From: an uncultured Planctomycetia bacterium
GTDB lineage: Bacteria; Omnitrophota; Gorgyraeia; B26-G9
DNA length: 64,000 nucleotides
NCBI GenBank assembly: GCA_964437495.1
Contig: CAYTGV010000002.1
Location: forward strand, 87,582-151,581
Direction: 5' to 3'
The number at the start of each line of letters is the position of its first letter. Position 1 is the stretch's first letter. A program made the position numbers and the translations under genes. The notes below the pieces were generated by a model. That model made no database searches. It was not told the DNA's origin and saw only the letters and a program-made list of their open reading frames with translations. Shown piece by piece: positions 50,622 through 60,578 of this stretch.

Positions 50622-51890
50622 CTAACTTGATTTTATTTTTTTAAAAACCTTAGCTGGAATGCCAACCACTACAGTATTGGCAGGAATATTCTTATTCTTT
50701 GTAACTACGGCCCCAGCCCCTGTGACCGCATTTTTGCCCATTTTAACTGGAGCAACTAAAATAGTACCTGAGCCGATAAAAGCCCCATCTTGAATAATTG
50801 TTTTATTTTTATTTTTTCCATCGTAATTAGCCACAATAGTTCCCGCACCAACATTTACCGCCTTACCGATCTTAGTATCTCCGATATAGCTTTGATGCTT
50901 TATGCGTGAATTCTCCCCTGCCTCAGAACGGTTAAATTCAACAAAGTTGCCCACAATAGCTCCATTGGCAATCTTCGATTCAGAACGAATGCGAGCAAAT
51001 GGTCCGATAGAACAATTCTCTCCGATTATCACATTTCCCTCAATAACTGTACAGGGATAGATTATTGTATCCCGGCCGATGGTCACTTTTTCATCAATAT
51101 AAGTAGTTTTAGGATCAAGAACCGTTACGCCTGAAGCAATAATTTTATCAAGTATTCTCATCCTGAATATCTCATAAGCCTCGGCTAAACTAAACCGGGA
51201 ATTAACTCCAAGTATTTCATTATAATTTTGTGTTTCTATAGCATTAACTGTTTGATTATCCTTATGTAAAACCTGGACAACATCAGTCAGATAATATTCC
51301 TTTTTTCTATTATTAGGTCTGATTTTTTCAATTGCTTTTAAAAGCTTATCCACCTTAAAAACATAAACGCCGACATTGATTTCCTCTATAGCACGCTCAT
51401 ATACACTTGCTTCCTGCTCTTCGACAATTTTAACAACCTTGCCTCCGTCACTGCGCACAATCCTGCCATAGCCGGAAGGATCTTTTGTATTTACGCTCAA
51501 TAATGTCCCGGTTACATCCTCGCTGTAATGCTTCTTAATAAGATCCTTAATAGTTGAGGCCTGAATAAGCGGCGTATCCCCGTAAATGATCAGCAATTTA
51601 GAGTTTTTTTCCTTTAAAGCTTTTTCATTTCTTATTTGCCAAACAGCATCTGCTGTACCCAAAAGTTTCTTTTGCTGTACACATTTAGCAGTATTGCCTA
51701 CATATTTCTCTACCATTTGAGATTTAAAACCGGTAATAATAAAAATATCCTTGATACCCGCAGCCTGAACATTATCAATCACATGCCCAAGCATCGGCTT
51801 TGATCCAAGCCGATGCAATATCTTGGGAACATTGGAATTCATGCGGGTTCCTTCACCAGCAGCCAGAATAACAGCACTTATATTTTTCAT
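50622..51890 (-). CDS. glmU: Bifunctional GlcNAc-1-P uridyltransferase / GlcN-1-P acetyltransferase
   Basis: 422-aa ORF with an N-terminal nucleotidyltransferase ('AVILAAGEGTRM') and a C-terminal hexapeptide beta-helix. Confidence 0.85.
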   Translation of the reverse strand: MKNISAVILAAGEGTRMNSNVPKILHRLGSKPMLGHVIDNVQAAGIKDIFIITGFKSQMVEKYVGNTAKCVQQKKLLGTADAVWQIRNEKALKEKNSKLLIIYGDTPLIQASTIKDLIKKHYSEDVTGTLLSVNTKDPSGYGRIVRSDGGKVVKIVEEQEASVYERAIEEINVGVYVFKVDKLLKAIEKIRPNNRKKEYYLTDVVQVLHKDNQTVNAIETQNYNEILGVNSRFSLAEAYEIFRMRILDKIIASGVTVLDPKTTYIDEKVTIGRDTIIYPCTVIEGNVIIGENCSIGPFARIRSESKIANGAIVGNFVEFNRSEAGENSRIKHQSYIGDTKIGKAVNVGAGTIVANYDGKNKNKTIIQDGAFIGSGTILVAPVKMGKNAVTGAGAVVTKNKNIPANTVVVGIPAKVFKKIKSS

Positions 51891-52059
51891 AATTTCACCA
51901 TTACAATAATTGAATTATAAAGTTAATAGTATTGACTTAAAATTTATTATCTTCTCTCGAAAAAGGAACAACTGCACTAGTAAGAAAAACCTGCCTTATT
52001 TTTTTCGCTATTTTCTTATCTTTATCTAAAGTAAAACCCATGCCTTAAACCGAAATTTG

Positions 52060-52134
52060 TGGCTGCCCGGCCAGGACTCGAACCTGGAAAACGAGATCCA
52101 AAACCTCGGGTGTTGCCGATTACACTACCGGGCA
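52060..52134 (-). tRNA. tRNA-Gln (anticodon TTG)
   Basis: Minus-strand sequence 'UGCCCGGUAGUGUAAUCGGCAACACCCGAGGUUUUGGAUCUCGUUUUCCAGGUUCGAGUCCUGGCCGGGCAGCCA'. The 1:72 pair is U1:A72, characteristic of Gln, and the anticodon loop is UUUUGGA. Confidence 0.85.
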
Positions 52135-52144
52135 AAACATATTT

Positions 52145-52606
52145 TTATTCTAAATCAGAAGCAGCGATTGCCCCCTTTCCTTGGAACGAATCCTCTTCTG
52201 CTTTTTCATTAACATTGTATTGAGAGACTTTTTCCGCCTCATCTTCATATGCCTCAATAACCTTTTTTTGGATATACTCTCTGCAATCCGGCGTAATGGG
52301 ATGAGCTATATCCTTGTGTTCAGTCTGGCGAGCTTCCTCAGGTGTAGCTAATGGTTTAGATAGCTGTTCAACCATAGTTCCGCATTGATTGCAAAATTTA
52401 CTACGCACCACGTTACGATGTCCGCATCCGGAGCATGTAATCTTCATTTTGGATGAAGGCATGGCAACAAATAAACCTTTACTTCCTTCGATAACTTTTA
52501 TATCTCTAACAACAAAACAATTATCGAAAGTTATAGTTACATATGCTTTTAACTTTTTATTGCTATCTTTATTACGCAAAAATACCCTTACCTCTGAAAT
52601 TTCCAT
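52145..52606 (-). CDS. spoVG: SpoVG-family protein carrying an internal C4 zinc-ribbon insertion
   Basis: The SpoVG core is 'MEISEVRV...[29 protein letters not shown]' ... 'DIAHPI'. It is interrupted by '[21 protein letters not shown]'. It lies in the conserved spoVG-glmU-prs-ctc-pth context. The ORF track start at 52672 is probably too long. Confidence 0.7.
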   Translation of the reverse strand: MEISEVRVFLRNKDSNKKLKAYVTITFDNCFVVRDIKVIEGSKGLFVAMPSSKMKITCSGCGHRNVVRSKFCNQCGTMVEQLSKPLATPEEARQTEHKDIAHPITPDCREYIQKKVIEAYEDEAEKVSQYNVNEKAEEDSFQGKGAIAASDLE

Positions 52607-52641
52607 CTTCGAATCACTACTCCTTTCCAAGATGTTTGCGG

Positions 52642-53490
52642 TTATAAACTTTTCACAACCATTACTTCGCAAATGCCCTGAAGTCCACTCTTGATGGCTA
52701 TAGCCTCCTCTCTTTTTCGTAAAATTCCAAAGATCACTGAACCACTTCCAGACATTAAAACCGCCCTAACGCCAAGGGCGGACACTTTCTGCTTAATATC
52801 AGCCAATAATTTATGTCTCTTAAAAGCAATTGTCTCAAGTCTATTAAATAATGTCTTTCCAATTAACTCTATTTGTGCATTTTTCAATGCATGAATGAGC
52901 AGTTTAACATCAAAGCCCGTCTTTGTCAAGCGTCCAGGTAAAGCCTGAAAAATATCCTTTGTAGAGATAAAAATCCCGGGATTTATAAGTACAATCCAGA
53001 ACTTTTTATCAACTTTTTGAGGCTGCATCCTATCCCCAATCCCTTTTGCCAGAACTACTGTGTCCGGAATCAGGAATAATGGCACATCCGCTCCCAACTT
53101 TCTACCCAAGACGCAAAGTTCCTTTGTGGATAGGCCTAGTTGCCAGATATTATTGAGTGTAAGCAAAGTGATTGCCGCGTCACTTGAGCCGCCGCCTAAT
53201 CCAGCGCCTATTGGGATGTTTTTTTTTAAATGGATCTCAATGCCCTTGTCTTTAGTAAGTCTTTTATGCAAAAGACTGGCTGCCTGATATACTATATTAT
53301 TTTCCAGGTCCTTAGAGAGCAGATAATTCCCGCAGGCTAGCTTTATACCCTTGTCTATTTTTTTAAAAGAAATTCTATCATAAAGCCCAACTTTCATAAA
53401 CAAGGTTATTATATTATAATACCCATCTTTTCTTTTACCATCTACTTCAAGGAATAAATTAATCTTAGCCGGAGCAAGACGCTGTATCAT
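52642..53490 (-). CDS. ispE: 4-diphosphocytidyl-2-C-methyl-D-erythritol kinase
   Basis: 282-aa GHMP kinase ('KINLFLEV', '[14 protein letters not shown]'). Confidence 0.85.
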   Translation of the reverse strand: MIQRLAPAKINLFLEVDGKRKDGYYNIITLFMKVGLYDRISFKKIDKGIKLACGNYLLSKDLENNIVYQAASLLHKRLTKDKGIEIHLKKNIPIGAGLGGGSSDAAITLLTLNNIWQLGLSTKELCVLGRKLGADVPLFLIPDTVVLAKGIGDRMQPQKVDKKFWIVLINPGIFISTKDIFQALPGRLTKTGFDVKLLIHALKNAQIELIGKTLFNRLETIAFKRHKLLADIKQKVSALGVRAVLMSGSGSVIFGILRKREEAIAIKSGLQGICEVMVVKSL

Positions 53491-53502
53491 TAATTTTCAA
53501 CC

Positions 53503-54444
53503 TCATGATTTGCTGTATATTTTTTTTGCAGCCTCAACAATATCAACAGCTAAAAGCTTATACTCTTTTAATAAATCTTTTGAACTTCCTGATTGTCCAA
53601 ACCGGTTATTAACGCCAATTCTCGCCACTCTTATACCTAATCCTTTTCGGGCTAGTACTTCTTCAATAGCACCGCCTAAACCACCTATGACAGAATGTTC
53701 TTCACAGATAACTATTGATTTTACTTTTCCGGCAATCTCATTAATCCTATCTTCATCAATCGGTTTAATAGTATGAATATTGACTACAGAGCACTCAATC
53801 TGGGATTTTGCAAGCTCTTCAGATGCAATCAATGCCTGCTCAGTCATAATCCCACAGGAAAATATAGCAATATCATTTCCCTTTCTCAAAACATTTGCTC
53901 GGCCTACTTCAAACTTTCCCAATCCCTCGATTGAAGCAACCTTTGCTCTGCCAAGACGCACATAGACAGGTCCTTTTATTTTTGCCGCGGCAATTATCGC
54001 ATCCCTTGTCTGCGGGCCATCACAAGGAACAATAACAGTCATATTCGGAATAACCCGCATTAGGGCAATATCCTCTAAAGCCTGATGCGTCGCCCCGTCA
54101 GGGCCGACAGTAATTCCCGCATGCGTAGCTACAAGTTTAACATTCAGATTGCTGTAGCAGACTGAATTCCTTAACTGATCCCAGGCTCTACCAGTAGCAA
54201 ACATTGCAAAGGTTGAAGCAAATACCGTTTTACCGCAGCTGGCAAACCCTGATGAGGTTGATATCATGTTTTGTTCAGCAACACCAAAATTAAAAAATCT
54301 TTCAGGAAATTCACGTTTAAAAAAAGAGGTTCTTGTCGAACCGGATAAATCCGCATCTAGCACCACAATATTTTCATCCTCTTTACCCAACTCTACCAAG
54401 GTTTTACCATACACATCCCTTTGATACATCATCTCCTTACTCAT
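53503..54444 (-). CDS. Transketolase, C-terminal subunit (pyrimidine-binding + C-terminal domains)
   Basis: 313-aa ORF. It overlaps the upstream N-terminal-subunit gene by 8 nt ('ATGAGTAA'). Confidence 0.85.
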   Translation of the reverse strand: MSKEMMYQRDVYGKTLVELGKEDENIVVLDADLSGSTRTSFFKREFPERFFNFGVAEQNMISTSSGFASCGKTVFASTFAMFATGRAWDQLRNSVCYSNLNVKLVATHAGITVGPDGATHQALEDIALMRVIPNMTVIVPCDGPQTRDAIIAAAKIKGPVYVRLGRAKVASIEGLGKFEVGRANVLRKGNDIAIFSCGIMTEQALIASEELAKSQIECSVVNIHTIKPIDEDRINEIAGKVKSIVICEEHSVIGGLGGAIEEVLARKGLGIRVARIGVNNRFGQSGSSKDLLKEYKLLAVDIVEAAKKIYSKS

Positions 54445-55258
54445 CTGATAACTCCTTCATCGCAATAACCGCCTCTTCCTTAGTAGGTGCTCTGCCATGA
54501 AAATCAACCACATTTTCCATAAAAGAAACATCCTTGCCTTTTATTGTTTTCGCAATTATAATTGTCGGTTTATTCTTAATTCCCTTTGCTTTCTCATAAG
54601 CTTTGAGAATTTCACTTATATTATGACCATCAATTTCAATAACCTCCCAACCAAAGGCCTTCCACTTATCTGCTATCGGTTCAAGGCCCATTACATCTTG
54701 AGTCCGACCATCGATTTGAAAACCATTATAATCTAATATCGCACAAAGATTATCGCATTTAAAGTGAGCGCAGGCCATCGCTGCCTCCCAAACGTTACCT
54801 TCTTGAATTTCTCCGTCACCTAAAAGGCAATAGACCCGATAATCCTTCTTGTCCATTCTCCCTGCCAGTGCCATGCCCATTGCCACAGAAAGCCCCTGCC
54901 CCAGTGAACCGCTAGCCACATCAATGCCTGGAATTTTAGGATCAGGATGCCCCTGCAATAAGGCGCCAAAAGAACGCAATGAATCAAGTTCCTTTTTGGG
55001 AAAATATCCAAAATCAGCAAGAAGAGCATACCAGATAGGACAACAGTGTCCTTTTGACATATGGAATCGATCCCTCTGTGTCCACTCAGGGTCCTTAGGA
55101 TTATGACGCAGCACATTGAAAAACAGGCATGTCAAGAGATCTGTTGATGACAATGATCCCCCCGGGTGTCCAGAGCCGGCAATTTCAATCATCCTAATTA
55201 CATCTCTTCTCATCTGAGAAGCTTTTTTAGCTAATTGTTTTTCATTCACCTTATTCAC
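54437..55258 (-). CDS. Transketolase, N-terminal subunit (TPP-binding)
   Basis: 273-aa ORF with the TPP-binding motif 'GDGEIQEGNVWEA'. Confidence 0.85.
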   Translation of the reverse strand: MNKVNEKQLAKKASQMRRDVIRMIEIAGSGHPGGSLSSTDLLTCLFFNVLRHNPKDPEWTQRDRFHMSKGHCCPIWYALLADFGYFPKKELDSLRSFGALLQGHPDPKIPGIDVASGSLGQGLSVAMGMALAGRMDKKDYRVYCLLGDGEIQEGNVWEAAMACAHFKCDNLCAILDYNGFQIDGRTQDVMGLEPIADKWKAFGWEVIEIDGHNISEILKAYEKAKGIKNKPTIIIAKTIKGKDVSFMENVVDFHGRAPTKEEAVIAMKELSDE

Positions 55259-55283
55259 TCCTTTGATTCTTCTCTATTACATC

Positions 55284-56165
55284 TCAATTAAAAACAGGCA
55301 GTGTCAACAATCCTTCAATATCTACCTTACGATAATCTTGTCTGTCATTTTTTGTAATCAAAACAAAATTCCGCAACAATTCATTTCTTATGATTATCTC
55401 TTGCCAATCCTCGAATTTATATTCACTCAGCACCTCATCAGCTATTTTTGCGATTATAGGCAGATATACTTTTTTAAATCGTGTATTATCCGCTGAAATG
55501 ACTGAGAATAAAAACCGCTGAGTCTCGGGATCAAATTCCGAATTTATTTTTATTTTATGAACTACTGTTGAAGCAAAAAGTTTATTTAGCCTCTGTCCGA
55601 TCTGTTCCGCTAAAAAATCAGGCAGAGTCATCTCTTGGACATCAAAATCAAACAATGAACTTTTAAGCAGCTTTGGATCAAAATTTATCTGCCAAAGAAT
55701 TCTCTTGCCATAATCTTCCCTTTTTATCCAGCCATGCATAAATTTATAAACATCATCCATATATCTTACAAGGAAAACCTCTGCTGCGGTAGTCTTGATA
55801 TCAGCTGCAATTATTATATAAAAATCCACTTCGGCATCTGTGCTGAATATCGCCCGCGAAGTCGTTAAGATCACGTCTTCTATTTTTTCAATCGCCTCAG
55901 GCAATATATCAAGTTTAAGGTCAAAAAGCTTGTCTAACGGAATAAATACAATTATGGTTTTACCGACAAGTTTTGCCTGTATTTCAACATCATACTCTTT
56001 TTTGCAAACCTCTACAAGTGTCTGGGCAAGCTTTTCTTTAGGATAAGATGGAGCACATCCGCCGCAGATAAAACTTACAAGGATACAAATTAAAAATAAA
56101 TTACGCACCAAAAGGTGCTGCCGGCTTTTTACCATATTCTTTGAATATTGCTTCAATATCATCAT
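55284..56165 (-). CDS. Hypothetical lipoprotein
   Basis: It has a lipobox 'LVSFICGGC'. The start is probably 'MVKSRQ' at about 56135, which still overlaps the ftsH-like 3' end by about 35 nt. It has no recognisable catalytic motifs. Confidence 0.45.
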   Translation of the reverse strand: MMILKQYSKNMVKSRQHLLVRNLFLICILVSFICGGCAPSYPKEKLAQTLVEVCKKEYDVEIQAKLVGKTIIVFIPLDKLFDLKLDILPEAIEKIEDVILTTSRAIFSTDAEVDFYIIIAADIKTTAAEVFLVRYMDDVYKFMHGWIKREDYGKRILWQINFDPKLLKSSLFDFDVQEMTLPDFLAEQIGQRLNKLFASTVVHKIKINSEFDPETQRFLFSVISADNTRFKKVYLPIIAKIADEVLSEYKFEDWQEIIIRNELLRNFVLITKNDRQDYRKVDIEGLLTLPVFN

Positions 56166-57720
56166 ACTCTAATTCTTCTTTTTCAACTAACTCTTTAGCA
56201 AATCGATCCAATATTGCCCGTTCCTTCTTTAAAAGATTTTCAACCTCTTTAAGACACTTCTCAAGTATCTGATTTGACTCTTCATTTAAGCTCTGTTTTA
56301 TTGAATCTGAAAGCTGTTCAGCCGGAATCACCGTATAATCTCCAACATGTCCGGATACCCCCATGCCCAGACTCCAGACCATTACATGTGCCAGCTGCAT
56401 TGCTTTCTTAAAATCAGAAGAAACACCGCTTGTGGAAGTATTATACTTTATCCGCTCAGCAGCATAACCGGCCAAACTTGTCTTAATATCCGCCAAAAGA
56501 GCTTCTATACTCTTACCAATCCATTCATCTCTAGGTTGTGAGTGAACAACACCTAAAGAGCCGCGTCTTGGTATAATTGAGGCTTTAAAAACATCATTGT
56601 AAGGATGCAAAAAAAATGTAACAATAAGATGTCCTGCCTCGTGATAAGCGGTCATTTCTCTCTCAAGCGGAAGCATTTTCATGCGATGCTTCAACCCTAG
56701 ATCAATACGCTCCATTGCTTCACTTAGTTCTTTATGGGAAATATGGTCTTTTTTATATCGAGCTGCTAATAATGCTGATTCTCTTACAATATTTTCAATA
56801 TCCGCCGGGGTTTTACCTATTGCTTTACGGGCAAGTATCCCTACATCTATATTTGGATCACTCTTAACCTTTTTCAGATAATAGATAAAAATCTGTGCTC
56901 TCTGTTCGACATCAGGCAGATTGAAATAAATCTTACGGTCAAAACGCCCTGGACGCATCAATGCCGGATCAAGATTGCCCTCATCAGCATTCGTTGCGCC
57001 GATAATAACAACATTAGCACTGCCGGTTACACCGTCAAGCTCAACCAAAAGCTGGTTAAGCGTATTATTCGTCTCCTGTCCTCCGCCCATGCTAAAAGAA
57101 CGTACACGTCCTACAGCATCGATTTCATCAATGAAAATAATACAGCCGCCATTTGAATAAGCCATCCTTCTGGCATTTTTAAATAGCTTTCTTACCCTGC
57201 TAGCTCCGACACCTACAAACATCTCCACAAACTCAGAACCGGATATACTTAAAAAAGGAACACCGGTTTCTGAAGCGATTGCTTTAGCCAAATATGTTTT
57301 CCCGCAGCCCGGAGGTCCGACCATAAGAATTCCCTTAATAAACTGAGCTCCGATATTCTTAAGTCGAGATCTATCTAAAAGCAATTGTGTTACTTCCCGC
57401 GCTTCTTCTACCGCCTGGTCAATTCCAATAACATCAGAAAACTTAACATCTACTTTAGTAGGATCCACCTTAGACTGCTTCATTTTACCCATATAGCCGA
57501 ACATTACGGAAACATAGATAAATGCGGTAATACAACCGCTGACAAGCATAACCAGTATCCACAAAGGCATATTGGCCAAGGCAGTTATTCTTGCATAAGA
57601 TTCCAACTGTGACATGCCGATAGTTGACAGAACAATAAGTAAAATCGCAACAAATACAGCGACAACTATTACCCAATGATCTTCAAAAAAAATTTTGAAT
57701 TTTCTACCCCATGAAATCAT
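56101..57720 (-). CDS. FtsH-family AAA+ zinc metalloprotease with a minimal periplasmic loop
   Basis: 539-aa ORF with two N-terminal TM helices separated by only about 20 aa, an AAA Walker A '[15 protein letters not shown]', SRH, and the zinc site 'HEAGH'. Confidence 0.75.
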   Translation of the reverse strand: MISWGRKFKIFFEDHWVIVVAVFVAILLIVLSTIGMSQLESYARITALANMPLWILVMLVSGCITAFIYVSVMFGYMGKMKQSKVDPTKVDVKFSDVIGIDQAVEEAREVTQLLLDRSRLKNIGAQFIKGILMVGPPGCGKTYLAKAIASETGVPFLSISGSEFVEMFVGVGASRVRKLFKNARRMAYSNGGCIIFIDEIDAVGRVRSFSMGGGQETNNTLNQLLVELDGVTGSANVVIIGATNADEGNLDPALMRPGRFDRKIYFNLPDVEQRAQIFIYYLKKVKSDPNIDVGILARKAIGKTPADIENIVRESALLAARYKKDHISHKELSEAMERIDLGLKHRMKMLPLEREMTAYHEAGHLIVTFFLHPYNDVFKASIIPRRGSLGVVHSQPRDEWIGKSIEALLADIKTSLAGYAAERIKYNTSTSGVSSDFKKAMQLAHVMVWSLGMGVSGHVGDYTVIPAEQLSDSIKQSLNEESNQILEKCLKEVENLLKKERAILDRFAKELVEKEELEYDDIEAIFKEYGKKPAAPFGA

Positions 57721-57739
57721 AGATCCTCCTTTTTATGCC

Positions 57740-59305
57740 TTATTTATTGGTATTGCTTATTGAATCCTTGCCCATATTAAGGGCATCCAATTTTTCCTGA
57801 ACTGAAATCTGCCCAGAATCGATTTGCAGGGATTTCTTCCAATGTTTGCGTGCCTTATTTTCTAATCCTTTTTTCAAATATGTATCACCCAGATGCTCAT
57901 GGATAACCGGATCTGTATCCAGAATTGCCACCGCCTTTTTTAAAAAGATCAAAGCTTCTTCAAACTTACCCTGCTTAAAATATACCCAGCCCAAAGAATC
58001 CAGATATGCCCCATTATTCGGTTCTACCTGAAGCGCTCTTTTTATTAAATCCGCTGCCTGTTCAAGGTTTACTCCTTCTTCTGCATATATATATCCCAAA
58101 TAATTGCACGCATCCGCATTCTTCGGATTAATCTCAAGGGTCTTCACGAATTTAGACTTTGCAAGTTCTACTTTTCCTTGTTTTTCATACATAGCTCCCA
58201 GATAAAAGTAAACCAAATCATCTTTTGGCGTCAGCTCTATAGTTTTATTATAATACTCCTTTGCTTTTTCAAAATCATCTTTCAATCCATAAGCCAGGCC
58301 CATTAATAGAAACAGACGCGATTTATTCTTTAACAGCGGTTCTACTCTGACTAAAATTTCTATAGCGTCTTCATGTTTATTCTGTTTTAAATAGATATGG
58401 GCCATCTCAAAATAAGTATCAATAACACGCGGATTTATCACCAAAACCTTTTTATACTGAACAAGTGCCTTATCAAACAAATCCCGAGACACATACATCT
58501 GGCCCAAACGAAAGTAAGCTACTGCACTTTTAGGTTTAAGCTCAATTGCTTTTTCATATGCCTGTTGCGATTTTTCAACTTCATTTTTCAATTCATATAC
58601 TAACCCCAAACCCAAATAAGCCTCTAAATACTTCGGTTCAAGTTCAATTGTTTTACTGAGGTTTTGCATAGCTTTTTCATATTCATTGCCCTGGGTATAA
58701 AGCATTCCTAAATTAAAATAGACATAAGGCAAAGGAATATCCTTAGCTGCAAGATCTTCATAAATAACAATAGCTTTATCATTTTTCTGCTCAATTACAT
58801 ACAGATCAGCTATGCTAAGCTTAGCCTGCGCATTCTCAGGTTCGAGTCTGATCACCTCTTTATATAAAACCTCTGCTTCAGAAAAATGACCAAGCGCAGT
58901 ATAAATAACCCCTAAAAGAAGCCTTACTCTTACATTCTCCGGTTCAATTTCAAAGGCCTTTTTTAGCTGCTCAATTGAGTTATTAAAATCGCCTTTTTTA
59001 AAATAAGCTGTCCCCAGTTTAATGTGAATTGTAGGAGAATCCGTATCGTAATTAGCAGCGCGGTTGTATTCATTAATCGCCAAGGCAACCCTATTTTGCT
59101 TTTCATATAAAAGCCCACGCAAATAATGTGCGTAGGCTTTTGAAATCAGGTTTCTTGCCAGAATATCCCTTTTCGGTTGTTTGCTATCTATATTTATAAT
59201 GCTCTTCTTAAAAGCTGCTCTTTTACCAGCGCACCCATTAACAGCAACAGATAATAATATTATTACTACTACCAGCTTAAAGGAATATCCCGCATTATAT
59301 TTCAT
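57740..59305 (-). CDS. TPR-repeat lipoprotein
   Basis: 521-aa ORF with a lipobox 'AVNGCAGK' followed by more than 12 TPR repeats. Confidence 0.7.
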   Translation of the reverse strand: MKYNAGYSFKLVVVIILLSVAVNGCAGKRAAFKKSIINIDSKQPKRDILARNLISKAYAHYLRGLLYEKQNRVALAINEYNRAANYDTDSPTIHIKLGTAYFKKGDFNNSIEQLKKAFEIEPENVRVRLLLGVIYTALGHFSEAEVLYKEVIRLEPENAQAKLSIADLYVIEQKNDKAIVIYEDLAAKDIPLPYVYFNLGMLYTQGNEYEKAMQNLSKTIELEPKYLEAYLGLGLVYELKNEVEKSQQAYEKAIELKPKSAVAYFRLGQMYVSRDLFDKALVQYKKVLVINPRVIDTYFEMAHIYLKQNKHEDAIEILVRVEPLLKNKSRLFLLMGLAYGLKDDFEKAKEYYNKTIELTPKDDLVYFYLGAMYEKQGKVELAKSKFVKTLEINPKNADACNYLGYIYAEEGVNLEQAADLIKRALQVEPNNGAYLDSLGWVYFKQGKFEEALIFLKKAVAILDTDPVIHEHLGDTYLKKGLENKARKHWKKSLQIDSGQISVQEKLDALNMGKDSISNTNK

Positions 59306-59320
59306 TAAAGTTACTGCCTT

Positions 59321-59416
59321 TTATGAGTTTTTCTTTTTATGTCTGTCTCTGCGTAATCTTTTTTTTCTCTTGTGAGTTGATATTTTTTTTCGTTTTCTCT
59401 TTTTACCACACGGCAT
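59321..59416 (-). CDS. 31-aa highly basic peptide (bS22-like small ribosomal-protein candidate), absent from the ORF track
   Basis: The peptide is MPCGKKRKRKKISTHKRKKRLRRDRHKKKNS (20 of 31 residues are K/R/H). A strong Shine-Dalgarno site GGAGGAGG lies 7 nt upstream of the ATG. It sits 15 nt upstream of the TPR lipoprotein gene and downstream of a repeat-rich promoter region. Confidence 0.5.
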   Translation of the reverse strand: MPCGKKRKRKKISTHKRKKRLRRDRHKKKNS

Positions 59417-59460
59417 ACAAATTCCTCCTCCAAATCAAAACTGATCAGTTATCTTTAAAT

Positions 59461-59545
59461 GTTTTAAGCTTTTTACTTTTTACTTCTAACTTTTTACTTT
59501 TTACTTTTCACTTATTACTTATTACTTATTACTTATTACTTCTCT
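59461..59545. repeat. Short tandem repeats: (TTATTAC)x4 heptamer array plus 2x 'TTTTTACTTTTTACTT' in the promoter region of the small basic peptide / TPR operon
   Basis: The region reads '...gcTTTTTACTTTTTACTTctaacTTTTTACTTTTTACTTttcacTTATTACTTATTACTTATTACTTATTACttctc'. Confidence 0.6.
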
Positions 59546-59546
59546 A

Positions 59547-60446
59547 TCAAGATATTACTTTTGTTAAGTTATATTCAATGATCGCCTCTGCCCCGGCCTT
59601 TTTTAATTTCAAGATTAATTCTCTTACGATTTTTTCCTGCGCAATAATTTCCAGAGCATACCAGCCCTTTCTGCTAAGATGAGACACTGTGGGATTCTTC
59701 ATAGCCGGGACCAATGCCAGAATTTTTTCTATATTCTTTTCCTGCACATTGAACTTTAGTCCAACTGTACCCTCAGCCGCGATCGCCCCTTTAAGCAGCA
59801 GCGCGATATTACTAATCTTATCTTTTTTCCACTTATTCAACCAAGCAGATTTATTAGCAATAAGCTGCGTTGTAGACTCACAAATTGTATCGATGATTTT
59901 CAAATTATTAGCTCTCAGGCTTGAACCAGTTTCCGTAAGCTCAACAATTGCATCAACAAGCTCCGGGACTTTCGCCTCTGTAGCTCCCCAGCTAAACTCT
60001 ACATCAGCCTTTACTTTGTTTTTCTTTAAGTATTTTCTTGTTACTTTTACAAGCTCTGTAGCAATACGCTTACCTTTTAAGCCCTTTACCGAACTGATGT
60101 TTGAAGCCTTCGGAACAGCAAGCACCCAACGCACAGGTGTAAGACTTTGCTTTGCATACACCATATCAGTAACGGTAATAACCTTAGCATTATTCTCCAA
60201 TATCCAATCTTTCCCGGTAATCCCGCAATCCAATACTCCATTTTCTACATAACGCGGCAATTCCTGAGCCCTTAAAAGAACTGCTTCGATTTGGGCATCA
60301 TCTACTGTTGGAAAATACGATCGGCTAGAAACAGCTATGGAAAATCCCGCCTTTTTCAGCATTCTTAATGTAGATTCCTGCAAACTACCTTTGGGTAAAC
60401 CAATCTTTATCTTTCTTTCCATGATCCTCACCATTTTTAATTCCAT
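59547..60446 (-). CDS. hisG: ATP phosphoribosyltransferase (long form with C-terminal regulatory domain)
   Basis: It contains '[16 protein letters not shown]' and '[10 protein letters not shown]'. The likely start is at about 60422. No other his genes are adjacent. Confidence 0.85.
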   Translation of the reverse strand: MELKMVRIMERKIKIGLPKGSLQESTLRMLKKAGFSIAVSSRSYFPTVDDAQIEAVLLRAQELPRYVENGVLDCGITGKDWILENNAKVITVTDMVYAKQSLTPVRWVLAVPKASNISSVKGLKGKRIATELVKVTRKYLKKNKVKADVEFSWGATEAKVPELVDAIVELTETGSSLRANNLKIIDTICESTTQLIANKSAWLNKWKKDKISNIALLLKGAIAAEGTVGLKFNVQEKNIEKILALVPAMKNPTVSHLSRKGWYALEIIAQEKIVRELILKLKKAGAEAIIEYNLTKVIS

Positions 60447-60578
60447 TATAAATAAAAAAATATCTTCTTTATTCTATATGCTTATTCACTAAATGTCAAT
60501 ATAAACACAATTTAGTTGTTTATTTATTAATATTAGAATAATTATAAGAAGGGTTTTGCTGGGGCTTATTTACCCGAT

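Noticed and set aside
53503-55258. Transketolase in two pieces, considered as a possible frameshift or pseudogene
   Set aside because: The split falls exactly at the natural domain boundary (TPP-binding versus Pyr/C-terminal). The two ORFs overlap by an ATGA-type coupling (8 nt) and have sizes typical of naturally split two-subunit transketolases.
59461-59545. Possible CRISPR array
   Set aside because: The repeats are 7-16 nt and directly tandem, with no spacers. There are no cas genes in the window. It is not CRISPR.
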